This document shows, piece by piece, positions 25,921 through 35,271 of a DNA stretch of 35,961 bases (its first letter is position 1; each line of letters begins with the position of its first letter). The notes below the pieces were generated by a model. That model was not told where the DNA came from, did not search any database, and saw only the letters and a list, made by a program, of their open reading frames with translations. Where the stretch lies: positions 1-35,961 of the IMG/VR virus record IMGVR_UViG_3300005825_000044. The stretch is one strand, 5' to 3'. Position numbers and translations under genes: made by a program. Source of the stretch: a virus.

Positions 25921-27663
25921 TCAGTGCATGATGAACTCGCCGCCCTGGCCGGGCCCGTCGCCGCCCATCTCGGAGAGCCCCATCACGAGGTGGTCGATCA
26001 CCTCCTGCGGGGTCTCGTCGACGATCCGGACGAAGGTCTCGTTCACCGCCTTCATCCGCAGGACGACGGTCTCCATCAGGCCGCGCAGCTCGTCGGAGAC
26101 CACCCCCGGCACGTAGACGGTGAACGAGAACAGACCCTCCCCGCCGCCGCCCATCGTCACGGGGTCGGTGTCGGACAGCTCGTAGGGCCCGCCCATCTCG
26201 TCGCCGTAGTCGGGGTCGTCGTCGCTGCCGATGTCCCAGCCGACGAGCTGGTGGACCTCTATCGCGGCCTCGATGTCGAAGAAGAACCGCAGCGCCGCGA
26301 TGATGCCCGGCGCGGTTCCCACGAGCTTGTAGAGGTCGACGAGCACCGTCACCAGCTCGCGGCGCTTCTCCGGCTCGAGCGAGCCCGCGGCGTCGAACGG
26401 GTTCCCGAGGTCGAGCAGCATCTCGTCGATCATCGCGTCGCTGCAGGTCAGCGGGTCCAGGATGTCGGTCCACGCGTCTGCGTCGCTCAGCAGGACGTTC
26501 GTGACCTCCTGGATCACGGCGAGGAACAGCCGGAGATCGGGGCTCTCCGAGCGGTTCATGCCTGGAACGAAGTCGGAGATCAGGAAGCGGCGGCCCTCCG
26601 GGAAGTCCGGGAGGTACCCGGTGAACGGGTGGAAGTTGTCGGGGCTCGGCGCCGACTCGTTCCCGTAGACGTCGAGCACGCCGTCGGTAACCACTGCGTA
26701 GTCGGCGCCGAACGTCATCGGGTCGGGCTCGACGACGAGGTCCACGGTGCGGTCGTCAACAGCCACGACGGACACGACCTCGAGCGCGACGCTGGGCTTG
26801 GAGACCCGCTCGATCAGGTAGGACGCCGGGTTCAGCGCGTCGCCGTCTGCCGTGGCGTCCAGCATCCGCATCGGCTCGTCCCAGGTCACGCGCACCACTG
26901 CTCGGTCGCGGGCCTCGACGGTGACGACGTCGGGCGCTGTGCTGTCCTCGACGTCGAACGACCACTGCTCGGAGAAGCCGGTCGCCGTCGCGCTGACCGC
27001 GACCGTGGCGTCGCTCGCCCACGCGCCAGGCGGGGTCAGCTCGACGCGCAGCGTCTCGGTGTCCGGGTTGCTAGACGACAGCGACCAGCCGGCCTGCGCG
27101 GATCCCCCGGTCAGCACTACCACGGTGTCCACGGTGACAACGACGTCTGCGATCGCGACGGCGCCGCCGACCTTCACCAGCTCGAAGTCGATCCTGGAGT
27201 CGGTCGGGACCTGGTCCTCGCCGGGGTTCGGGACCCGGTTCACGACGACCGTGTCGGTACCGGAGTCCGTGCCGGCGACCGCACCCGTGGGGAAATCGAA
27301 CGCGGTCGAGCCGCCGCCGAAGACTCCGGGCTGCGCCGTGACCTCGAGCGTGCTGCTGGCGCCGTACGTGAGGTGCCGCAGTACCAGCACGCCGCCCTCG
27401 TAGACCGCGGTAGCCCCGTGCGGTGCCAAGTCAGCGGCGATCTTCGCGGCGACCTCGTCTCCGGGAATCGCGGCGGGGTCGTCGTAGTTGTCGGCGTCGA
27501 AGACGACGTCGTGGGGGACGCCGTCGACCTTCACAGTCTGTACCCCGGCGTCCTCCACCGAGAACGGGCCGGTGTTGACGGACGCGATCTCGGCCAGAGT
27601 CGACTCGAGGAAATCCTCGACGACGTCGTCGAGCAGCAGGCTCGGCAGGCGGGTCAGCGTCAC
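25921..27663 (-). CDS. baseplate wedge protein (P2 gpI-like C-terminus, Ig-like N-terminal domains)
   Basis: GTG at 27663 overlaps the upstream stop; DPLTCSDAMIDEMLLDLG...RRELV...LYKLVGT..GI..ALR is a gpI-like motif. Confidence 0.75.
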   Translation of the reverse strand: MTLTRLPSLLLDDVVEDFLESTLAEIASVNTGPFSVEDAGVQTVKVDGVPHDVVFDADNYDDPAAIPGDEVAAKIAADLAPHGATAVYEGGVLVLRHLTYGASSTLEVTAQPGVFGGGSTAFDFPTGAVAGTDSGTDTVVVNRVPNPGEDQVPTDSRIDFELVKVGGAVAIADVVVTVDTVVVLTGGSAQAGWSLSSSNPDTETLRVELTPPGAWASDATVAVSATATGFSEQWSFDVEDSTAPDVVTVEARDRAVVRVTWDEPMRMLDATADGDALNPASYLIERVSKPSVALEVVSVVAVDDRTVDLVVEPDPMTFGADYAVVTDGVLDVYGNESAPSPDNFHPFTGYLPDFPEGRRFLISDFVPGMNRSESPDLRLFLAVIQEVTNVLLSDADAWTDILDPLTCSDAMIDEMLLDLGNPFDAAGSLEPEKRRELVTVLVDLYKLVGTAPGIIAALRFFFDIEAAIEVHQLVGWDIGSDDDPDYGDEMGGPYELSDTDPVTMGGGGEGLFSFTVYVPGVVSDELRGLMETVVLRMKAVNETFVRIVDETPQEVIDHLVMGLSEMGGDGPGQGGEFIMH

Positions 27664-28040
27664 GCGGAGCGCTCCAGCCTGTAGCGGATCGTGTTGGTAG
27701 TCGGGGGAGCGTCGGCGTCTGTCATCCGGATCGCGACGTCGTCGAGGACCAGGCTGCGCGCTCCGACGAACGTCCGGGTGTAGTGCACGGTGCCGTTGAG
27801 CGCCGCGGAGAACGTCCACTCCACACCGCTGCCGTCGTCGACGGTCTCGACCACGACGCGTGCCCTGACGAGCCTGCACTGCGACGCGAGCAGGAACTCC
27901 TGCTCGACGTCGTGCCGGTCACCGACGTCGAGCCTGACGTCGAGGTGCGAGCCGTGCCCGAGCTGGTAGCCGTACCCGGCACCGAACGGCACCCGCTGCT
28001 GGGTCGCACCCCTGCCTAGCTCGAAGACGCTCGCTGCCAT
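27660..28040 (-). CDS. hypothetical structural protein
   Basis: Within the baseplate operon. Confidence 0.65.
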   Translation of the reverse strand: MAASVFELGRGATQQRVPFGAGYGYQLGHGSHLDVRLDVGDRHDVEQEFLLASQCRLVRARVVVETVDDGSGVEWTFSAALNGTVHYTRTFVGARSLVLDDVAIRMTDADAPPTTNTIRYRLERSA

Positions 28041-28049
28041 GGCTCACCG

Positions 28050-28781
28050 TCAGATCTGGCGGATAGCCTCGACGCCGTCGACGAACGCGCGGCGCGCGAC
28101 GTCGTTCGACCAGAACCCGAAGCCCATCCGGCCAGCGGCGAACGGGGAGGAACCGGTGTTGACCGCGAGGCTGTCGTCGACGAACCCGCTGATCGTCGGG
28201 GCCTGCGGGCCCTCCATGCCGACGATCACCTGCCAGTCCGGAGTGCGGATGTCGTTCAGCGCGAGGTCCGAGAAGTAGCACTGCAGCAGGACGTCGCCGC
28301 TGCCCTGCAGGACGGCGTCGAGCCGGAGGTGCACCCACTCGTCGGGCCCGTACGTCGCGATCGATTTCATCAGGATGTGCTCGCCGCTCGCCGGCGCGAC
28401 TGCCTCGTCAGCGAGCCCCTCACTCAGCGCGCCCTTGCGGAGCACTACGTGCGAGGGGTCGCCGTCACCGAGTCCCAGCATGTACGCCTCGTCGTCGACC
28501 GAGCCGCCCTGCGCGCAGATGAACAGGAACGGCGCGAACCCAGTCTTGCCGGCGCTGGCCCCGCGCATCAGCGCGCCTCGGATCGAACCGCCCTTCGCGG
28601 TCGGTGCGAAGTTCGTCTGCGTGTTGTGCCGGGCCACAGCGCCGTCGACGATCTCCAGCGTGTGGAAGCCGTAGACGAAGATGCCACCGCCGTTCGGCTT
28701 CGTTGAACCCGCGGTCGGCCCGTTGTCGACCTTGTCGATCGCGAGCCCGTCTGTGAGGTACGCCCAGTTTGCTTCGGCCAT
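28050..28781 (-). CDS. hypothetical structural protein, possible beta-sandwich/lectin-like fold
   Basis: WVHLRLD...GRMGFG...FVDGV pattern; baseplate context. Confidence 0.6.
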   Translation of the reverse strand: MAEANWAYLTDGLAIDKVDNGPTAGSTKPNGGGIFVYGFHTLEIVDGAVARHNTQTNFAPTAKGGSIRGALMRGASAGKTGFAPFLFICAQGGSVDDEAYMLGLGDGDPSHVVLRKGALSEGLADEAVAPASGEHILMKSIATYGPDEWVHLRLDAVLQGSGDVLLQCYFSDLALNDIRTPDWQVIVGMEGPQAPTISGFVDDSLAVNTGSSPFAAGRMGFGFWSNDVARRAFVDGVEAIRQI

Positions 28782-28791
28782 GCAGCCGAGA

Positions 28792-29595
28792 CTACACCGT
28801 GGCCATGACGAACGACCACCACTCCTCGGGGTCTCGCTTCACGTAGTGCTTCCCGCTGCCGTCGTCGTCGAGCGCGATCGCGGCACCACCGACGTAGGCC
28901 GCGAGCTTGAACGTGAGCCCCGTGACGGGGACGTCGCGCGTGAAGTACAGCACGCCCTCGACGAGCGGGCTCGGCAGTGCTCCGCCGACGTTCGCGAGCA
29001 CTACCCCCTTGCCGGAGAACAGCATGGGGTCCGGCGCTTCCGCGAGGCTGAACACCTCCGACGACGAGTCCGCGCGGACCTCCACGGGGGCAGCGACCGC
29101 CTCGAAGTCCTCGAGACCGCCGTCAGACAGGATCGTGTTGGTGGCGTCGAGCCCGATGATATCCGACCAGTCGAACCACTCCTGCGCGACGCCGGTGAAC
29201 AGAGCGGCCGACGAGTTGTCCTCGTCGAGGTCGGCGACGTAGCCGCCCCACGCGTCGAAGTCCTCGAGCCCCAGCGAGTCGAACTGCGCGGCACCCGTCG
29301 CGGAGAGGTCGTCGAGCACCTGGCCCCACCCGACCTCGAAGTCCTCGCGGAGCGTCTGCCCGGCCCCGGCGTTGAAGATCGCAGCGACGGGGTCCACGAG
29401 CGCGCCGACGAACACGAGGTCACCGGAGACCGCCCAGCCTGCCTCGAACCCCTCGTACGTGAAGAGGTCGCTGCCCGACGGGTTGCCGTCGAACTCCGCC
29501 GCCTCCTCGAGGCTGCTCACGAACGACGAAGTCCAACCCGAGGCGAGCCACGCAGTAGCGCCGGCAGTCTCGAAGTCTCCGTTCTCGATCGCCAT
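28792..29595 (-). CDS. acidic hypothetical structural protein
   Basis: TGATG overlap with baseplate J; IENGDFE start and repeated E(D/G)FE motifs. Confidence 0.65.
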   Translation of the reverse strand: MAIENGDFETAGATAWLASGWTSSFVSSLEEAAEFDGNPSGSDLFTYEGFEAGWAVSGDLVFVGALVDPVAAIFNAGAGQTLREDFEVGWGQVLDDLSATGAAQFDSLGLEDFDAWGGYVADLDEDNSSAALFTGVAQEWFDWSDIIGLDATNTILSDGGLEDFEAVAAPVEVRADSSSEVFSLAEAPDPMLFSGKGVVLANVGGALPSPLVEGVLYFTRDVPVTGLTFKLAAYVGGAAIALDDDGSGKHYVKRDPEEWWSFVMATV

Positions 29596-31088
29596 CAGAT
29601 CTGCGCCCCGGTGATCGCGTTGATCAGAGTCACGGTGCCGAGCTGCGGGAACTCGTCCGCCTTGAGGTCGACGTCGGACGACGCCCCGTTGAGCTGGAAG
29701 TGCCCCGGCGCGTCGTCGATCTTGCGGACCCCCGTCGTGTCGCGCACCACGTCATAGACGTCGCTGTACGCGAGCGATCCGTCCATCAGGTAGCCGAAGT
29801 CGACGCTGTCGTTCTGCGAGCCGTCCTCGTTCTCGACAGCGAAGAACGCGACGAGACGCGCGCGGATGCTGGCGCTCAGCGTGGCGAGACGCGCTGTGGT
29901 CTGCCAGTCGCTCCGGGGGTGGACCCACGCGAGCACGTCGACGGTCTTGAACGTGGCGCCCGAGGCGTTGACCACGAACGTCGTCATGTGCGGGAAGGTC
30001 GTGCGGACCTGCTCCTCAGCCTCCGCGAGCAGCGAGTCGGACGGCGTGCCGCCGCCGCGCGGGATTATGACGAGCTTGCCCTGGTTGACCGCGACGCTCG
30101 GCTTCTCCGTGCGGCTCAGCATCAGCGCGCGGCCGACCGCGGTCAGCTTCAGCGCGTGCGCCTCGAAGTCGGGGCGCGCCACGCTCCGGCTCAGCGCGGG
30201 GACCGACGCCGGGGCGCGCTCCCGGATCGACTCCAGGCTCTGCCGGTCCGCGCCGGTGACGGTGCGGGTACCGTTCGAGACCGTCATCTTGACCGGGTTC
30301 GAGAGCGAGTCGGAGTACGACTTGTCGACGCGCTGCACAGAGCCGGGGTCGACGTTGCCGTCGGCACCGCCGCCGACCTTGTAGACCGGGACGATCGTCC
30401 CGCTCGGGATCACACCGGCGACCCCTGAGCCGAACGTCAGCGTGGCGCGCCCCGACTCGTCGACGCTGACCGTGACGTGCCGGTCGGTGGGTCCCGAGGT
30501 CAGGAAGTTCTTCTCCACCGTGAACGCGCCAACGTCGTCGCTGACCGACAGGCTCCCGTCGAGGAACGGGACCTCGGAGAGCACCACGGTCTGCCGTGGC
30601 CGACCCGTGGCCTGGAAGCTGTCCGTAGCGCTCCTGCTGTGCTCCGCCTCCACGATCATCGTGGGCGGGTCCATCGCTGCGGGGAACGTCACGTCGGCCA
30701 GCACCTGGAGCTTCACCGGGTCAGCGCCGAGGGTCGAGAACGTGTCCCCGGCCTGCACCGTGACGCTGCCGACCGGGGGGCTCGCCAGCGTAAGCGTGAT
30801 CTCGTGGAGTGCCGCGACCTGCCCGGCCGGGACGTAGCCGACGAGCCGCACCAGACCGAGCATCACCTTGCGGAGCTTGGCGGTGCCGATGCGGGCCTCC
30901 GCCGCTTGGTTGTCCTGGTAGTACAGCAGCACGTCGCCGACGAACGCGAACATGTCGAGGAGCATGTTCCCGAAGTTGACGACGTTCTCCTCGGTCCAGT
31001 CCGGGAACACCGACTCGATCAGGGAGCGGAGCCGCGCGCGCAGCGAGTCGAAGTCCTTGTCCGTGTAGTCAACACCGGGCCTGATCAT
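29595..31088 (-). CDS. baseplate J / gp6-like wedge protein
   Basis: DYTDKDFDSLR...WT...FG.ML...AFVGDVL.YYQD..A.E, FG.G..G.IP, GGG..GNV, R.V...DFE; SD GGAGG before ATG at 31088. Confidence 0.92.
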   Translation of the reverse strand: MIRPGVDYTDKDFDSLRARLRSLIESVFPDWTEENVVNFGNMLLDMFAFVGDVLLYYQDNQAAEARIGTAKLRKVMLGLVRLVGYVPAGQVAALHEITLTLASPPVGSVTVQAGDTFSTLGADPVKLQVLADVTFPAAMDPPTMIVEAEHSRSATDSFQATGRPRQTVVLSEVPFLDGSLSVSDDVGAFTVEKNFLTSGPTDRHVTVSVDESGRATLTFGSGVAGVIPSGTIVPVYKVGGGADGNVDPGSVQRVDKSYSDSLSNPVKMTVSNGTRTVTGADRQSLESIRERAPASVPALSRSVARPDFEAHALKLTAVGRALMLSRTEKPSVAVNQGKLVIIPRGGGTPSDSLLAEAEEQVRTTFPHMTTFVVNASGATFKTVDVLAWVHPRSDWQTTARLATLSASIRARLVAFFAVENEDGSQNDSVDFGYLMDGSLAYSDVYDVVRDTTGVRKIDDAPGHFQLNGASSDVDLKADEFPQLGTVTLINAITGAQI

Positions 31089-31101
31089 GTGGCGTACCTC
31101 C

Positions 31102-31121
31102 GTGTCCCCTCGAGGAGACAC
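31102..31121. repeat. dispersed palindrome copy 5 (GTGTCCCCTCGAGGAGACAC)
   Basis: Between the gp25 stop and the baseplate J SD. Confidence 0.95.
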
Positions 31122-31125
31122 CTCG

Positions 31126-31617
31126 TTACGAGCCGAGCGCTACCTCGGTCACGATGCCGGGGACGATTACACCGGCACCGCCGGGGGCCAGCAGGTCCCA
31201 GGTCACAAGGAGCCGCAGCGCGGTGTCGGTCTGCTCGACGCGGACCGCTCTGACACCGCAGCGCGGCTCGAACACGCGTAGCGGTCGGGCGACGAACGCC
31301 TTCGCCTGCTCCGCGAGCGTCGGCGAGTTGTTCCGGAACTTCAGCAGCCGGAGCCAGCTACCGATCGCGGGGTTCCACGGGCACTCCCCGCCGCTGTAGT
31401 CGTTCGCTGCGATCGTCCCGAGTACCTGCCCGACGTTCGAGACCACGAGGTCGGTGTCGGTCCCGGTCGCGACGTCGCCGTAGAGCCTGCGGAACGGCCT
31501 GACGATGCCGCGGGCCGACGTCGCGGCGCGACTCCTCCCGGTCTCCGCGGTCGTGCTGACCCGCGAGAAGATCACGGGGTTGTCGTCGTCGGGGACGAGT
31601 TGCCAGGCGTTCGCCAC
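31126..31617 (-). CDS. gp25/GpW-like baseplate (sheath initiator) protein
   Basis: PF...V...QVLGT...GE..WNP.IGS.L..LKF...L..FEPR pattern. Confidence 0.85.
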   Translation of the reverse strand: MANAWQLVPDDDNPVIFSRVSTTAETGRSRAATSARGIVRPFRRLYGDVATGTDTDLVVSNVGQVLGTIAANDYSGGECPWNPAIGSWLRLLKFRNNSPTLAEQAKAFVARPLRVFEPRCGVRAVRVEQTDTALRLLVTWDLLAPGGAGVIVPGIVTEVALGS

Positions 31618-31620
31618 GCG

Positions 31621-32322
31621 TCAACCGTACACCACCTGCGCGCGGGTCACAGCAGCGCCGGGGCCAATCATCACGGGCCGCAGCACGACGCGGGCGCCGC
31701 GCCAGCCCGTGGTCCGCCGCAGCACATAGTCCCAGCCGGCGCCGACGACAAGCTCCCTGCTCGAGCCCGGGGAGTACTCCGGCGCGAACTCCGTGCCGTC
31801 CCAGCCGACCTCGTACTCCCCGTCGCCGTACAGCACTCCTGCCCACTGGAGGCTCGCTGCGGGCTGCCCCGCTGTGAACGTGACGTGCCGTAGCCTCTCC
31901 ACCGCGACGCCCTCTGAGGGGCTGACGTCAGTGACCGCGAACGAGTTGCCGCCGTCGTCCGCCGCGACGACCACGAGGCTCGGGGCGTCGGGCCAGCCGC
32001 CGGTGCGCCGCAGCGTGAACCGGTACCCGCAGTCGACCACGGACCGCGTGCTGAGCGCCGCGTAGCGCGGGGCGAAACCGGCACCGTCCCAGACGACGTC
32101 GTAACCGGTGCCGTGGCGCAGCGCGATCAAGATCGCGGAGAACGCCCCGGTCGGCGAGACGACGTCGACCGTGACGGCCTCGCCGTCGACGAGCACTGAG
32201 CCCTGCGCCGGCGACACGACGTCGACGAGCACCGAGCCGTACGGCGGGCTCTGCCCGGTGCCGGCGGGCATCGTGCCGGCGGGACCTGTACCGGCGCCCC
32301 AGTTCTCGATGTCGCAGGACAC
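31621..32322 (-). CDS. hypothetical protein with tandemly duplicated domain
   Basis: Two homologous halves: VSP.(Q/E)G...Y(D/E)V.WDG..FAP.Y...S.R...LRRT.GW. Confidence 0.7.
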   Translation of the reverse strand: MSCDIENWGAGTGPAGTMPAGTGQSPPYGSVLVDVVSPAQGSVLVDGEAVTVDVVSPTGAFSAILIALRHGTGYDVVWDGAGFAPRYAALSTRSVVDCGYRFTLRRTGGWPDAPSLVVVAADDGGNSFAVTDVSPSEGVAVERLRHVTFTAGQPAASLQWAGVLYGDGEYEVGWDGTEFAPEYSPGSSRELVVGAGWDYVLRRTTGWRGARVVLRPVMIGPGAAVTRAQVVYG

Positions 32323-32334
32323 AGCGGCAGCGTA

Positions 32335-33051
32335 CTAGACCGGGATCGAGTCCCGGAAGTCGCGCAGCGGGTCGATCAGCGCTGCGATGTGATCGATCGC
32401 AGCACCGGGATCGCCGGGAACCTCGCTCCCGATCTCAGGCACGTGCCGGAGACCGGCGAGGTCGCAGAACAGGTTGACCAGCTCGATGACTGCGCGGATA
32501 GACGCGATCGCGCGCGAGAGGTTGTCCATGGTGGTCGCCGCGCTCTGCTCTCCGCAGTTGATCGGGGCGAGGAGCTGCGGGACGTTGCCGGCGACGAGCT
32601 TCGCGGCCGCGATCCTGTTCAGCAGCCGGACCACGGACTGAAGCTCCGAGATCATGCCGTCGAAGATCGCGATCAGGACGTCCAGGAGCTGGACGATCAT
32701 CAGCAGCACGCTCGCCGGCGGCAGCAGTGAGAGGAGCTTCTCGATCCGACGTACCAGCTCCGGCACGCAGTCAGTGAGCTTGCTCGGGTCCGGTGGCGGG
32801 CCCAGAGCGTCGGGGATCGCAGTGACGCAGTCCTTGATCGCTACGATGGCCTCGATGATGTCGAAGATCGGGGTCAGGGGAGCGAGCGCGCCGCTGGCCT
32901 GGGCGAGCAGCGATCGGGCGTGCTCGTACAGCGACGGTGGCAGCGTGCTCAGCGCGGCGCAGATCTCGGCACCGCCGGGAAGCACGACGCAGAGGTCGGT
33001 GGGGATCGCGTCGACCGACCGGCAGAACTCCTCGAGGTTCGGGAGCGGCAC
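32335..33051 (-). CDS. hydrophobic all-helical hypothetical protein after the spike gene
   Basis: Leu/Ile/Pro-rich with spaced Cys; baseplate context. Confidence 0.7.
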   Translation of the reverse strand: MPLPNLEEFCRSVDAIPTDLCVVLPGGAEICAALSTLPPSLYEHARSLLAQASGALAPLTPIFDIIEAIVAIKDCVTAIPDALGPPPDPSKLTDCVPELVRRIEKLLSLLPPASVLLMIVQLLDVLIAIFDGMISELQSVVRLLNRIAAAKLVAGNVPQLLAPINCGEQSAATTMDNLSRAIASIRAVIELVNLFCDLAGLRHVPEIGSEVPGDPGAAIDHIAALIDPLRDFRDSIPV

Positions 33052-33054
33052 GCT

Positions 33055-33591
33055 TCAGATCTCCCCGCCGGTGTCGCGCACCAGCCGGCCGTTGAGGAAC
33101 ACCTGGAGCCCCTCGATGTTCACGACGCCTACCGCGCGAATGAACACCGCAGCACTCCCGTTGACGATCACCCCGTGGTTGACCCCGTCCAGTTCGATGT
33201 AGTCGTCCGGGAAGTTCTTGTCGGAGAGCAGCAGCCGCTCCTGACCCTCGGTCTCGTCGATCAGCAGCCGCCACCGCGCAAGCTCGATCACCTTCGCGCC
33301 TGCGGGGTCCGGCCCGTCACGCAGCGGCGCCGGCGCGTCTGACTCTCCCCAGGCGCCGTACGTCCAGCGCGGGGAGTCCGGGTCGCCGCGGGTGAACTGC
33401 ACCACGACCTCGGCGCCGACGTCGGGGATGAAGCCGCCGCCGACACCGGTGCCGCCGCCACCCCAGACCCCGTAGGGCTGTGCCCACCCGGTGTCATCGA
33501 TCAGCCCGGGCACATTCACGCGGAGCCTGCCGGACCGCTTCGGGTCGGCGTTGTCGACCACGACCCCGTCGTAGATCCCGAGCAGCTTCAT
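33055..33591 (-). CDS. baseplate spike gp5/gpV (OB-fold)
   Basis: GVVVDNADPKRSGRLRV.VP...GWA.P...PDVG.EVVV.F..GD.DSP...G motif; probable start is ATG at 33591. Confidence 0.92.
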   Translation of the reverse strand: MKLLGIYDGVVVDNADPKRSGRLRVNVPGLIDDTGWAQPYGVWGGGGTGVGGGFIPDVGAEVVVQFTRGDPDSPRWTYGAWGESDAPAPLRDGPDPAGAKVIELARWRLLIDETEGQERLLLSDKNFPDDYIELDGVNHGVIVNGSAAVFIRAVGVVNIEGLQVFLNGRLVRDTGGEI

Positions 33592-33621
33592 CGGGAGCAC
33601 CCTACCACGTCGAGCGCGGCG

Positions 33622-34932
33622 TCACTGATCCCTGATACTCCGCTTCGACGTCCTGCTGGCGCCCGTGAAGAAGACGGAGTAGCTGCCGTCATCGAACCCA
33701 CTCTTCTCACCGAGCGGCGCCGGCGGGGAGCCCGGGGGCTTGTCGATCCCGGGGTTCCCCTTGGCAGGCTTCTTGTTCCGGCGGCCGGTCGTCGGGACAC
33801 CTGGCACGATCAGGTCGGCGCCCGTGACGCGTGACCGCTTCTCGTAGTCGGTCGCTGCACCGTCAGAGAGCACCTTCAGCGTGTCGACGTACCCGCTGCT
33901 GTCGATCGTGGTGGTGACCTCCTTCGCGTAGTAGTTCTGCGAGAGCCGCTTGCCGGCGTTCGAGAGCCGGACCACGGACTTCGCGAAGACGTTGGGGTCC
34001 CCGGCGGCCTCGAGCGTGAGCCGGAACGCGCTGTGCTGCGCGTGACGGAACTTCCCGGAGGTCGCTCGCTGCGCGGCAGCCTCTGTCTCGCTCGCCGCGA
34101 GACCTGCGCTCTCCTTCGAGAGCTTGCGGTACATCGCGACGAGCTTGCCGACGTCCGAGTTGGGGTCGACCAGGTCTGTGATGCCGGAGAGCACGTCGCG
34201 GGCCTGCTCGGAGTCGTTGCTGGCCTTCGTCTCGATCGTGCGGCGCTGCGACGGCGCGCGGACCGCGGCGCGCACCGCACCCGGGGTCACGATCACGTCG
34301 TTGTCGACCGTGACGCTCAGGAGGTCGCCCTCGCCGCCGCGCCACACGTACTCCTTGATCGGGTCCTGGTAGAGCGCGCGCTCGTGGAAGTGGAAGCCGT
34401 CCCAGTCGATGAACCAGACGAACCCCGCGCGCTTCGCGAGCCGCGTGATCTGCTGGCTGTCCGTGATCGTCGGCTGCAGCAGGAGCGGGAGCACGTCCTC
34501 GGTGTCCTGGATGTGGACGACCCGCGGGTCGGAGTACCCGTTCGCCGCTGCGATCTCCCGCACCACGTCGCTGATCCTGACGTTCTCCCAGGTCCTGCTC
34601 CGCCGGATCCCGTTCATCTCGATCTCGCGGCCGATGGCCGTGATCTCGAGCGACTCGAAGCCGGAGACCTTCCGGATCTGGCAGGTCCGTACCGGGGACA
34701 TGTTCCCGGGGTAGCCCCACGAGACGTCGAGCATGTTGCCCTTGCGCCACACCGGGTCGTCGAAGTGAGCGAGGTCGGCGTTGTCGATCTCCAGCGAGAG
34801 CTTGTCGGCCTTGGACTCGAGGTCCTGGTACTCGAGCCGGATCACGCGGTCAGTCATCTCGACGCGCTCAGTCGAGCGCGTGTCGCCGACGTGCACGGAG
34901 AGGTAGATCAGCGGCTCGCTTCGTGACGCCAC
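33622..34932 (-). CDS. baseplate hub, gpD/gp27/VgrG-N-like
   Basis: D.L.L.IDN, WGY, R.W....SDVV..IA, Q...TD......LA.R.GF, GDP motifs; lies between the LysM and gp5 genes. Confidence 0.85.
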   Translation of the reverse strand: MASRSEPLIYLSVHVGDTRSTERVEMTDRVIRLEYQDLESKADKLSLEIDNADLAHFDDPVWRKGNMLDVSWGYPGNMSPVRTCQIRKVSGFESLEITAIGREIEMNGIRRSRTWENVRISDVVREIAAANGYSDPRVVHIQDTEDVLPLLLQPTITDSQQITRLAKRAGFVWFIDWDGFHFHERALYQDPIKEYVWRGGEGDLLSVTVDNDVIVTPGAVRAAVRAPSQRRTIETKASNDSEQARDVLSGITDLVDPNSDVGKLVAMYRKLSKESAGLAASETEAAAQRATSGKFRHAQHSAFRLTLEAAGDPNVFAKSVVRLSNAGKRLSQNYYAKEVTTTIDSSGYVDTLKVLSDGAATDYEKRSRVTGADLIVPGVPTTGRRNKKPAKGNPGIDKPPGSPPAPLGEKSGFDDGSYSVFFTGASRTSKRSIRDQ

Positions 34933-34944
34933 GCCGGGCCCCCC

Positions 34945-35271
34945 CTACTCGCCGCCGAGGATGTCCGCGGTCAGCGTGCGCAGCGACGGGATCACGACCA
35001 CGGAGCCCGGCACGAGCTGGATCGTCGGGTCGTGTATCGGGTGCGGCTGGTAGTCGGCGATCGCCCACCAGTACCCGGCAGGCCGCGCGTCGACGCCGGC
35101 GAAGTAGCGGTGCGCGAGGTTCCACAGCGTGTCGCCCTGCTGCACGACGTGCCTGACGTCGTCGGACCTCCCGAGGTAGCCGACGGGCTCCCGCGGCGTG
35201 AGGTAGCGCCTGCCGTCTGCATCGACCCGCGCCTCCGTGCCGCTGTGCCGGCTGCCGACGAACAGCGTCAC
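34945..35271 (-). CDS. LysM / gpX-like baseplate protein
   Basis: HVVQQGDTLWNLAHRYF...WWAIADY...L.PG..V.IP. Confidence 0.9.
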   Translation of the reverse strand: MTLFVGSRHSGTEARVDADGRRYLTPREPVGYLGRSDDVRHVVQQGDTLWNLAHRYFAGVDARPAGYWWAIADYQPHPIHDPTIQLVPGSVVVIPSLRTLTADILGGE

